A stretch of 63,470 bases of DNA, the filler included, from Aduncisulcus paluster (lineage: Eukaryota): assembly GCA_024181965.1 (NCBI GenBank). It is 11 parts of 11 records of this genome, joined end to end, with 100 filler letters (N's around TTAATTAATTAA, not from the genome) between each part and the next. Parts side by side here need not be neighbours in the genome. Positions count along the whole stretch, not along the records: positions 45,111 to 59,328 come from BQXS01011864.1; 10 more parts are not named here. One strand, 5' to 3'. Positions 46,886-56,945 of this stretch are shown one piece after another; within the stretch, counting starts at the first letter, position 1; each line of letters starts with the position of its first letter. The notes under the pieces were generated by a model that was not told where the DNA came from, made no database searches, and worked only from the letters and a program-made list of their open reading frames with translations. The position numbers and the translations under genes are program-made.

Positions 46886-48945
46886 ATGGTTTATTTCTCC
46901 AGTTTTAATCGCTACTCTTTGATTGTTACTTTTATTCTTTCTTTACACGTTGTTCTCACGCAATGCGTGTTTTATGCAGGAGACGATGGTCAATATGGAG
47001 GACAATCAGGATTTTTAATGACAATGACAACCGACGCCATGAATGAACTTATTTTTCTTGGTCTTGAGTATGTTTTATTTTATGATCAATTATCAATTTT
47101 GATATGCTATTTTTAAAATTATATGAATTCAATTTATCATTGATTTTGATTTATATTTTTCTTAGGCCCTGGTTTGATGATTTTATGGGCACTTTTTGTA
47201 TGTTTCTTCATTTTTATAACTTTTGCATTATTTTTCTGAATTTATCTTATTTTTAACACTTATTTTTCCTTTCTTCGCATTTAGCTATCCCTGATTTCTC
47301 CACAACTCTCGATTTTGGAGTTGGAAAAGCATCAATTTCTCTTAATAACTTCGATATCACCTCATATTCATTTTTCCCCAGTGATGAGGTTTCTTTCAAT
47401 ACTATTCCTTCTGAAAACTTGATTTTTTTGCAATGCACCAATGCAGGTGCTGTTGCTACTGTTGATTATGATGTAAAACTCCTCACGTACCCATATTCAA
47501 GATTATCTGGATCTGCCCAGATGTCCATTGGAGATTTCGGTCTCATTACATCGTTAGAAATAACTAAAGTGCCAGATTATGATGATACCACATGTCATCC
47601 TGATGCTGAAGCCTGTGGATACCTTCCCGAAGTTTTGCTACCTGATTTTAAACTTGTTCTTCAAGATGTTGTCCTCACATTCATTGGCGATACAGATCCA
47701 ATCCTTGAAATGATTTCTGATCTCATTGATTCTGCTTTTATCCCTTTCCTTACTAACATTATTTCTGCTTCTATTGTGGAATATTGGAAGGAGAATCCCA
47801 TGAGTGCCTATTTTGGTTTATATTCTGGTTATTACCTCACCAATGATTCAGAAGAGCTTTTTCTCCCTGGGTATGCCCAAGCTATGATAATAGGTGATGG
47901 CTACATGGTTTTCCCAATGTATTCAATGTGCATTTCTGGAGATACAAGCCTCGAGCAAGATAATTCCGTGTTTTCTGGTTACAATCCACCTGCAGATCTT
48001 CCCTATGCTGCTTTTGACACTGAGCTCCAGTTCACTGTTGCTTTGGATAATGTTCGCCAAGTCTTCTACAATACTATCAACAATGCAAACAAATGGTTCA
48101 ATGGTTGGCAGGCTACTTTCGACACTATTGCATGTGTTCCGACTCGTAATGGATGCCAAACTTCGAGCAGATGGACTGGTGGAGATACCAGTGCTTATGT
48201 TATTCAGAATAACTTAGGCCGTGACATTGATAATCCTCCTTCCTCTCTCTCTCCTCTGTTTACGTCAAGGTACTGGGAAGAAATATTGCCAGATTTATAT
48301 GCTCTTTGTCCAAATTGTTATATTGATATTAACACTACATTCCAAACTCCTGATGGTGTCCCCGCTGTTCCTTCAATCTCAATGCGACTCGATGGGCTTG
48401 ATCTTGTGTATTCTGACTATTTAATCAAGCTTAATATGGTCCATGTTGATGATGGAAGTAGTGTGGCTTCTGTTGACTTTTCGTTTGATCTGAGTACTGA
48501 CTGTATTGTGTGGAGCGACCATGCTTATTTTAACTTCTTACAAAATGTTGCCACTATCGACGGTTTGACCATTGAATCATGTTCTAATTCCACCGAAGCC
48601 GACTCTGATCATTATTATTCCGACTCGGATACCTGTGGTATCGATATTTCTAGCTGGAATACTCTTGTGAATGTTCTTCTAAAAGTTTTCTTGGACAACT
48701 TCTTCCAAGTGACATTCAAACAAGACAAGAGATGCTTCCAATATGTCAATAGAATCCCCATTGGTTGGTGGTACGTATCAACGATTAAGAATGAGGAAGT
48801 CTATTACATGCCCGATAACGATTGTTTCATTTTGACTGCCGAGTTTGATGAATGTGATTGTGAACCCAAGTGTTTTGATGACAAATCAAGGAGAGATGAT
48901 GGAACTACGTATTGTATTTCTCAGCTTAGTCAAAAAACCCTCTGA
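46886..48945 (+). CDS. Secreted BPI/LBP-like (TULIP) lipid-binding protein; exons 46886-47067, 47166-47197 and 47285-48945
   Basis: Two GTATGT...TTAG introns (98 and 87 nt) join three frames perfectly. Signal peptide, then GFLMTMTTDAMNEL...FSIPDFSTTLDFGVGKASISLNNFDI, which fits the BPI N-terminal pattern. Confidence 0.75.
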
Positions 48946-49894
48946 GAGAAGCCTAAATTGTCTGATCTCGTTTCAATGATTTTTATTTCTTGTTTTTAAT
49001 TCATATATATTTATATATTTATATATTCTTTGTTTATTCACTCCCCTGTGATGATTTTTTTTTTTGTTGTTTGTTTTTTATCCGCTTCAAATACCATTGA
49101 TATTGAAGTTCTTTTTTGATTAGATTCTCTTTTCTGCTACTATATTGTTACGTTTCTCTTCTTCCAAATATCCAAAGTTTAAAGGCTTATTAAATCTAAA
49201 AGCACAATTTGATTTAAAAATGATTATTCAAAAGATTTATATATTTACTAAATGATCCTTGACTCTCTTATGTTTTAAACAGCAACAACGCTCTCAATTC
49301 AAGATCATATTATCACCAGACTTAGCAATTTATAAGAGAGGTTATAACGGACATTCCCTCGAGTACTCAAATATTTCTTTCCAAATAATGGAGATAATTG
49401 AAATACTGTTCATTGTTTTTAACTTTTTTTTTTTGTTTTTTCCCCCTTTTTCGAATGTATAAAAAAATCTGGTTCTTCGATGTTAATTTGATAATCCAAA
49501 CCATATGCAAATAAATACAAAAACAAACAATTGAGTCAATTGACTATCCACTGGGAGATATTGCGCTGGAACTTTCATGACTCATGAATTCATGAGACTC
49601 TCTTGACAAAAATATCATGAGCAGTGAAAAAGGAGAGAAAAACAATATAATATAGTCCAAGCATGATCTTATCTATCGAATCGATGATGATAGACCATAA
49701 AACTTATTGTGTAAATCAAAGTTTGATCAATTAAACTATATTTAAAAACAAATCTTGGATAAAACAAAAGAAACAAGTCAAAAAATCATGACTAAAAGGG
49801 AAAATAATGATAAAAAAAACATCAATCAGAGTGATGATGATCGAAACTTCAACGAGGAAAAAAAAAAAAAAAAAAAACACGAGCCGTCGAGGAA

Positions 49895-52800
49895 TCAGAA
49901 TTTTTGACTCTGTAAAAATTGATAGAGATCGAATTCTGGGCGATATTTTTTGAGAATTTCACTCATTTTCACAATCTTGAACATCATTTCCCTCAGACAA
50001 TCCTTCAATCCCCCGTGAAGATGGATTCTAGGCAGACCGTCAGCACCAGCGTATTGTTCAAGAACTTCACTCATACGATCAATATATGACTTGAGAATGG
50101 TGTGACTCTCAGAATGCCACCTCTTACTCCTGGAATCACATGATTTGATGGGAATATGTTGCTTTAGCAAGTGAACAACGACTCCCACATGAATATCATA
50201 GGCTTCAATCATGTCAAAATCGCCAACGAGTAAATTGCCACAATCATTCACTGATTTCCCATCGAGGCTGTAAGATATTGAAGTATGAGGACGTGGGACA
50301 TAGGTAAAGGTCGGAAGTATACCATTGATAAGGCACCTATGATATTCTTCCTTACTACGAATGGCCTCATAAGCTTTTCTCTTGGCAACTTCAGGATCTT
50401 CTGTTTTCAATGTCACAACCAATCTTCGGTGTCTCAGCGAAACTGTTCCGGTTCTCTTGTTCTTGTTCTCTTCAACCCAGTCAGCCCTGAATAACATAAG
50501 AGGAGGAGGAGGAGGAAGGCATATCCAGAGGAGAATGGAGGATTCGGGAGGATGTTGACAACTCCTATCGGCAATATCATATCGTCTTCTTTGATTATAT
50601 TTACGCATAAACATTTCTTGAAACAGAGTATTCTTTTGCTCAGCGCTCAAGAGAGGAGGTTTGTGAGTCTTTGCTTTCTTCACAATGCCACCTTTCATAT
50701 CAGTGGTTGGAAGTTTCAACTCAGTCACTCCACTGCCATAGAAAGCTGATCCTTTTACCTTGACTTTCCTGTATCCAATGCCAAGCGTAGCATCAGTGCC
50801 TTTCTTCTTCTTTCTCTTGTTTCTCACTCCTGGAGCACTCTTGGCACGACCTCCATAGCCTCGAGAATATTGCTCCATCATTTGTGAAGAGGGACGGCCA
50901 TATCCTCTCGGAATTGCTGTTTTCCTACCAGAGCGAGGATCATCGAAGGATTCATCGTGCGGAATCTCGTGATAAGATTGTCGGGGGCCAAGGGAGGAAC
51001 GTGACCCACTTTGACCAGATCGATTACTTGGTGATGGACGACTATGCCGATATGACATTTCACTTCCTCTCCCTCTCCCCCTTCCTTGTCTCCCAGCTCC
51101 ACTTGAAGTCCTTGTCTCAGAGGGACCATATGATCTGACTTTCTGGGGGGAAATATCATCCCCTTCAACAGTTTCCATAAGATCAGCAAAACGATATTCT
51201 TCAAGGTTCAGGTCAGAATTGGAATGGGCCAAACGAGAAGTACCTGACCGAGTCTCCAAGTCAGCCATTGTCACTGTTCCTCCCCTAATGGGAAAATCAT
51301 ATTCATCGCTCTCTCGCCTTCTTTGACTAGCCATTTGCCTCTTTCTTCCACTTCCAAATTCATCTTCATCACTATAAATGTCGCTGAATGCAACACTTGG
51401 GGCTCTAAACTTACGTCCGTGGCCAGTACCTTCAGAGGTGAACACCCTAATCAAAGGATCGTGGCTTGACAATGAAGAGCGACCACTACTCTGAGAAGAT
51501 GAACTTTGAGAACGTGGTCTTCCTTGACTTTGTCCGTGCTGGTACGATGGCTGCTCGGGGTATTTCTTTGACTCGGCGAAGACATCTTCATTGACTCTTG
51601 AAGAATCGCTTGAACTTCCATGATAGAATTGCTCATCTTCCTCAGATCCCATTTCATCAATATCTCTTGCATGTTTGTGACTTTGTTGTTGCTTTTGCTC
51701 TTGTTCTTCCTCCCACTCGGCCTCTGCTACTGCCCATTCATCCTCTTCCTCTCCTTCCTCGAGTCTTCTCCATTCATCACGTCCATCAACATCTTCTTCT
51801 TCCTCGCCCAAGAATGGCTCTCCCATTCCATCATCAAGCATGGCCCGATCACCAAAGGATTTGCCAGTGAGAGGGGAAGATGGGGGACGCATTGCTTGCT
51901 CAGAACTCAACGTGCCATGTGGGGAAGCATGATATGGGCTGGAGGATGAGTGTGAGGGTCGATAATCCCTATGATCTTCATACGTATAGGCCCCAGTATT
52001 TCCAGTATAGAACTCAGAGCCAGAGGAGGACTGCTTCAAACCTGAACGTCCATGTTTGGGATTCTGTTGGGGGCTTTGGCGTGAGGGAGTCCGTGTTCTC
52101 GATCCTTGAGAAGTGATGGGCCGATGTGTATAGGCTGAAGCTGGCGTGATGGGAGACGTAGGCATGGCTCCGAAGCGATCACGAGTGGCATATGACTGTG
52201 GTTTACGTTTCTTTACCCTTATTCCAGTAGAAGAAGAAGAATAGCTTGACGTTGAGCCTGTTTTACGGAATGATGACCTTCTGCGAGGCCTTGGAGAAGG
52301 GGAAAGGTATGTGGAAGAGAGTGTTCTGCGTCTTTTCTCGGCACTATCAAGGGGTATTGCGTGGTTTAACGAGAATGCGGCAGGGAAAAGAAGTGGTCTT
52401 CTTCCACGAAGACAACGAACAGCATCACTAAGCCAATCTGGGACTTCAAACCACGGAGGGGGAGCAATATAGTTATAAACAGCGGGTGCCTGAGGTGCAA
52501 TTGAAGAAGAAAGGAGGTATTGTTCATCAGTTTTGAAATTATAAAAAAGAACAGAACTCGATGTGATTGCAAGACATTCAGAGGCCTTATCAGGATCATC
52601 CAAATGTCTCACATCGAAGCGTTCGCACATAATATCAACGTTATTGGCACGTTGAATCTCAGGTTCTTTCCCAAGAAATGAGACAGGATCAGTAGTTTGC
52701 GCAGCACAAGCAACTGCAATCCACTGACGTTGTTCCGAGTCAGCGGCAACAAGGGATGAAATAGATGGGGATTTTCCACTGAATGAAGTTGTGTATCCTA

Positions 52801-53278
52801 ACTTTTGTGCGAGAGATTGATAAAACATATCTCCAGGGTGAACATTGGTCTGTTCTCCAGTCTCATCATTTGTAAATATTCTTTTTCCAGTATTTTCATT
52901 AACTGAAACCCTCCAATTGGGTGGCATTGGTGAATACAGAGCCAAAGCTGGGATCCACATTCCATCAGGTCGTTCATGTGGATCAATTGACAGGTAGGCC
53001 GCCATAGAGTAGAGCAAAAGGATACTACGTGGAAAAGGATCGCTATATCCATATAAATCTGATTTTCCTCTATATTTCGCTTTGAGTTCTTCCCGGTTAC
53101 TATATAAATCATCAAAAAGTCGTTCAGATGGATGTTCCCAGCTACTATATTGAATCCAACGGTCTTTTGTTTTTGATTTCTCTACAAACCAATAATATAC
53201 TTTATCTTTTCCTTTCTTTGATTTGGCTTTGCGCCATAGAAACGGAATTGGTAATTCAGCAGTAAGATTTACGTCCAT
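49895..53278 (-). CDS. Ciliary-type protein with CEP164-like N-terminal WW modules, a disordered middle and a DM10-like C-terminal domain
   Basis: VYYW...SSWEHP and MAAYLSIDP...MWIPALALYSPMPPNW...TGEQTNVHPGD. The C-terminus has DIHVGVVVHLLKQHIPIKSCD. Confidence 0.7.
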   Translation of the reverse strand: MDVNLTAELPIPFLWRKAKSKKGKDKVYYWFVEKSKTKDRWIQYSSWEHPSERLFDDLYSNREELKAKYRGKSDLYGYSDPFPRSILLLYSMAAYLSIDPHERPDGMWIPALALYSPMPPNWRVSVNENTGKRIFTNDETGEQTNVHPGDMFYQSLAQKLGYTTSFSGKSPSISSLVAADSEQRQWIAVACAAQTTDPVSFLGKEPEIQRANNVDIMCERFDVRHLDDPDKASECLAITSSSVLFYNFKTDEQYLLSSSIAPQAPAVYNYIAPPPWFEVPDWLSDAVRCLRGRRPLLFPAAFSLNHAIPLDSAEKRRRTLSSTYLSPSPRPRRRSSFRKTGSTSSYSSSSTGIRVKKRKPQSYATRDRFGAMPTSPITPASAYTHRPITSQGSRTRTPSRQSPQQNPKHGRSGLKQSSSGSEFYTGNTGAYTYEDHRDYRPSHSSSSPYHASPHGTLSSEQAMRPPSSPLTGKSFGDRAMLDDGMGEPFLGEEEEDVDGRDEWRRLEEGEEEDEWAVAEAEWEEEQEQKQQQSHKHARDIDEMGSEEDEQFYHGSSSDSSRVNEDVFAESKKYPEQPSYQHGQSQGRPRSQSSSSQSSGRSSLSSHDPLIRVFTSEGTGHGRKFRAPSVAFSDIYSDEDEFGSGRKRQMASQRRRESDEYDFPIRGGTVTMADLETRSGTSRLAHSNSDLNLEEYRFADLMETVEGDDISPQKVRSYGPSETRTSSGAGRQGRGRGRGSEMSYRHSRPSPSNRSGQSGSRSSLGPRQSYHEIPHDESFDDPRSGRKTAIPRGYGRPSSQMMEQYSRGYGGRAKSAPGVRNKRKKKKGTDATLGIGYRKVKVKGSAFYGSGVTELKLPTTDMKGGIVKKAKTHKPPLLSAEQKNTLFQEMFMRKYNQRRRYDIADRSCQHPPESSILLWICLPPPPPLMLFRADWVEENKNKRTGTVSLRHRRLVVTLKTEDPEVAKRKAYEAIRSKEEYHRCLINGILPTFTYVPRPHTSISYSLDGKSVNDCGNLLVGDFDMIEAYDIHVGVVVHLLKQHIPIKSCDSRSKRWHSESHTILKSYIDRMSEVLEQYAGADGLPRIHLHGGLKDCLREMMFKIVKMSEILKKYRPEFDLYQFLQSQKF

Positions 53279-53468
53279 GACCAATAATAATAATTGATAT
53301 AAAATTTAAATAGGTTGTTTAAACAAAATAAACCTCAAATATTATGATGGAATTTGAATTTGACGCCAAACGCCGAAATTGTGAATTTTGATTTCGATTA
53401 GCTGAGTGTGTTTTATAGAAACGGGAAACTAGAATAAGTCGGAGAGAGATAAATTAATCATACAATTT

Positions 53469-55816
53469 ATGCCGGAATATATAACTATTTTAAGAAATAT
53501 CTACAAATTCGCTCAAAAACAATATTCTTCCGATATGATTGTTCCATACACATCAAATGTGGAACTATTAATTTTGATTTTCCTTGTTTTATTCGCTTTT
53601 GCTATAGCCAAACCTTTGGAATACCCATATGAAATGCCATCAAGTGTTATGGATTTATCTGGAGATTATTCCAACATGTATGATTGGGATTTCCTCAATT
53701 CACTTGAAGATGATGCCATGATAATTGCTGATATATTGGCATCTGCTTTCCCTGATGAATTAACTCAAAATTGGGACCGTTTTATTGCATACGACGAGAT
53801 GATGCAAATTTCTAAATATCTTTGGCCCTCTATCACAGCTAAGCATGGTACAAACATATTATGCCTGTATACTGCCATTATGGATATTGTTTGCAGTACT
53901 CAAATCATTGCTCTTGCTCAAGATTCTCCATACGTTCTCCATTCAAATATATACAATGCTATTAGCCTTGATAAAGAAAACTTTGGTGTTGATTTGAAGA
54001 TTCCCCATGATAGTTTTGCACGTCTCCTTATCAATTTTGATGTTACTTATAAACCCATAACTTATAAAAAGCCAATCACAACTGGAAAAGCTATTAGTGT
54101 TGCGGGTCTTCCTGGAGTATACTTGGCTTCAGTTAATGAGGATTCCTTCAGGGTTGCCTCCGTAAGTTCAGATCTTCAATCTCTTCATGATAATTCTATT
54201 TCTTCAATCCTCCAATCCATGAGAGATCGTGGTGATATTGGAACGCAGTGGCTTCGTGGAAAAATATTCGATGATTCCAATGTTTGTGACATTACAGCAA
54301 CTAATATGACTTACAATTATCACTTTGCTTGCACATTCGATGATAACACGCCAAGTCAGATTGTACACACTGAATACCACTACACCGCTGAATACAATCA
54401 TCTTATTGGCGATGGGCAGAGTTCTGTAGCCGCTGTTGCTGGTTATCCTTATGAGGGAGAATCCACACGTGATGGATGTGACATAACTGGAGATACTACT
54501 GATTGTGATGCTCCCCCTCCTTATCTGACATATGATCCCCTTTCCTTTGTCTTTGATAATCTTGAAGGACGTGGGAGTTCGAAGAATACCCCTAAATATA
54601 TTTCAAACTTCATATTCGAATCCTATCCTGTTCGCATTGGTCTCTCTGCTGGCTCTATATCAATGGATGCCAATGATAGTTATGCCATGATCCAAAAATG
54701 TCAAGAGTTGGCGAATGGGGATGTTGTTGAGTCTTGTGTTAATTTCATTCCAGCTTTTGATTGGGGAGTATTTATTCTTTCTCTCATTCTTTCTCTCTTC
54801 ATCGTCTTCATCTGGATTTGGGGTGCTAAATACAATGAAACGTGGGAGAGGGAATATATTTTTGAACTTTCGAAGAATAGAATCCCTGATTTAGACTTTC
54901 ATCTTTCTCCTGGATGGTACAAAAAGTGGCTATATTTGCTTTGTTTTGGTGCCATTTATGCATTATCCGTTGGCTATTATATCGGTGTCGGCTTTAGCAC
55001 TGACCTTGGTCTTGATGATGCCAATTGTGATATTACTGACACTAGTACGCAATGTCTTCTTGTTCAAGCATCGTCTATTTTGTATCTCTATCCTTTCTCT
55101 CTTTTTATCTGGTTGTGTTGTTTTCTTTTGAAGGATTTGGCACTTAGTGAAGTTTTCTATTATTTTTTCCCTGTTCCTCTTGGGGTTGTTGTGTTTTCCC
55201 CAGCAGATCAAGAAATCCGACGCCAATGGTTTTTATTCTTTGTTTTTATCGCAAGATCGGCTATTTTGACGATTAATTGGTTGATTTGGTGGTGGTTGGA
55301 TTTACTAAACAGAGACATATTGAATCCAAGAGAAGATCAAATCAAAGTTTTTGTAAATATTTTTGGAAGACCTTATTGGAATACAATATCATTCCTAGTA
55401 TTCTATACTATAGTTTATCAATGCCTACATGGCTTTTTATTGAGGATGATCAACCAATCAGTACATCGGATATTACTTTAGCTGTCGTATGTTTGAGTGG
55501 AGCAATATTTGAATTGATTGCTCGAATTCAGTTCCAAATATTCAAGAGATCGAATATTCTATCTGTTGGGGGGAAATGTGACTACGGACTTTGGAAATAC
55601 TTACCAAAACCAGATGCACTGGGTGAAATGGTGTTTTGGTTTGGTATTTTATTGTTTAGTTTTGTTTCAGATGGTTTTTATCATATATGGAAAATATCTG
55701 GGTTTGTGTTATTGGTTCTTGTTCGGTGTCTATATTCCTCTCCTTTTAGGAATGAAATATTCACTGGTTCAGAAGCTAATTTACTTGATTATGTTGATTC
55801 CCAGTTCAATAATTGA
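53469..55816 (+). CDS. Acid ceramidase/NAAA-like Ntn-hydrolase ectodomain fused to a DUF1295 (steroid 5-alpha reductase-like) membrane domain; frameshift between about 55340 and 55420
   Basis: DIVCSTQIIALAQD..VLH and ISVAGLPGV resemble acid ceramidase. RED lies in the first frame, while SMP...GAIFELIA...GLWKYLPKPDALGE..FWFG lies in the -1 frame. Confidence 0.65.
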
Positions 55817-56147
55817 TTGAATTTGCTTCAATGACATGATTTGTTATTATAATGTGGTACGAACGAATTATTAGAATCTTTTTTCAATTTTTGGTGTGTT
55901 ATTTGTTTTTTTTATGGGTGTGATCATGATTTTTATGCACTTTATAAATTTTAAAGGTGCATATTTCCAATCGTTTTCATCAGAAACTCCTTGAATAAAA
56001 GCGGGTCATATTATGACCATAATGAAAGTAAAAAGAATTTTATTTGATCATATTATTGATCAATTAATTGTAAAGAATTGAAATTGGGAGCGAAACAATA
56101 AAGAAACTCCAAAATGGCAATAAACAGAAGGTTATAGGACTAAAAGC

Positions 56148-56770
56148 TCACCCTTTCCCCTTTTCATGGAGATTCATGGCTTCATAAACGGAAGTGACTT
56201 GCTTTATGTCAGTTTCAGCTTCGAGTCCACCACAAAGAACTTCATCCAAAATAAAATTGGCCTTATCAGCATTAAAGATCAAATCAAGCTCACAAACACT
56301 TTGGAATGCAAGATCAAGAGCTTCAACGTATATATGAATCAAATCCATGATGGCAAGTGGGCTTTCAGATTCATCAATCACGAAAGCGAAGTATAATGTG
56401 GCATAATGACGAAAAATAACTCTAGTGTTAGGATTCTTCAAGCCAACATCTCCAGAAAGGAAATTGCATGATGTATCTTTCCTTTTTGTAAGAATTTCAT
56501 ACACACGGCCCATCACTTTTTGCTGTTCAGCAGTTGTCTAAGAAAAATGAACAAATCGTATAATAAATTTATAATTATCGGATAATTCAACAAATATATT
56601 TCAAAAAAATTCATAAAATCAAAATAAATCCAACAGAATCAAGCTATAAGAAAAAAACTGGGAGATTGAGAATAATAGATATCACAATTTAAAAAACATA
56701 CATAATCCTCATAAAACCTGAGTAACCTTGGTAATCCATGATTATTAACAACTATTACTGCTTCTATCAT
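56148..56770 (-). CDS. AP3S: AP-3 complex sigma subunit; exons 56702-56770 and 56148-56537
   Basis: MIEAVIVVNNHGLPRLLRFY, then a 164-nt GTATGT...TTAG intron, then CNFL, RHYATLYF, ESPLAIMDLI and VCELDLIF. Confidence 0.92.
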
Positions 56771-56945
56771 TGTCTTGTGTGGCAAAAAATGAAAATTCTA
56801 TAGCAGATGAAAATAAAGGAAATCTAACTTAAAATAATTTATTCCTATCTAATACTTAGTTTTTTCATCTCAGTATTTTTTTCTTTTTGGATGTATTCAA
56901 CTCACATCGAATGTTTTCGTATTTCATCACCATTTTGGCGCCGTA

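Noticed and set aside
49574..49621. Cluster of TCATGA palindromes
   Set aside because: Short AT-rich hexamers with no further structure; not enough support.
49858..49877. A20 tract (also an A-run near 8426-8441) as a retroposon tail
   Set aside because: Both are U-rich 3' flanks of minus-strand genes, with no target-site duplication or element body.
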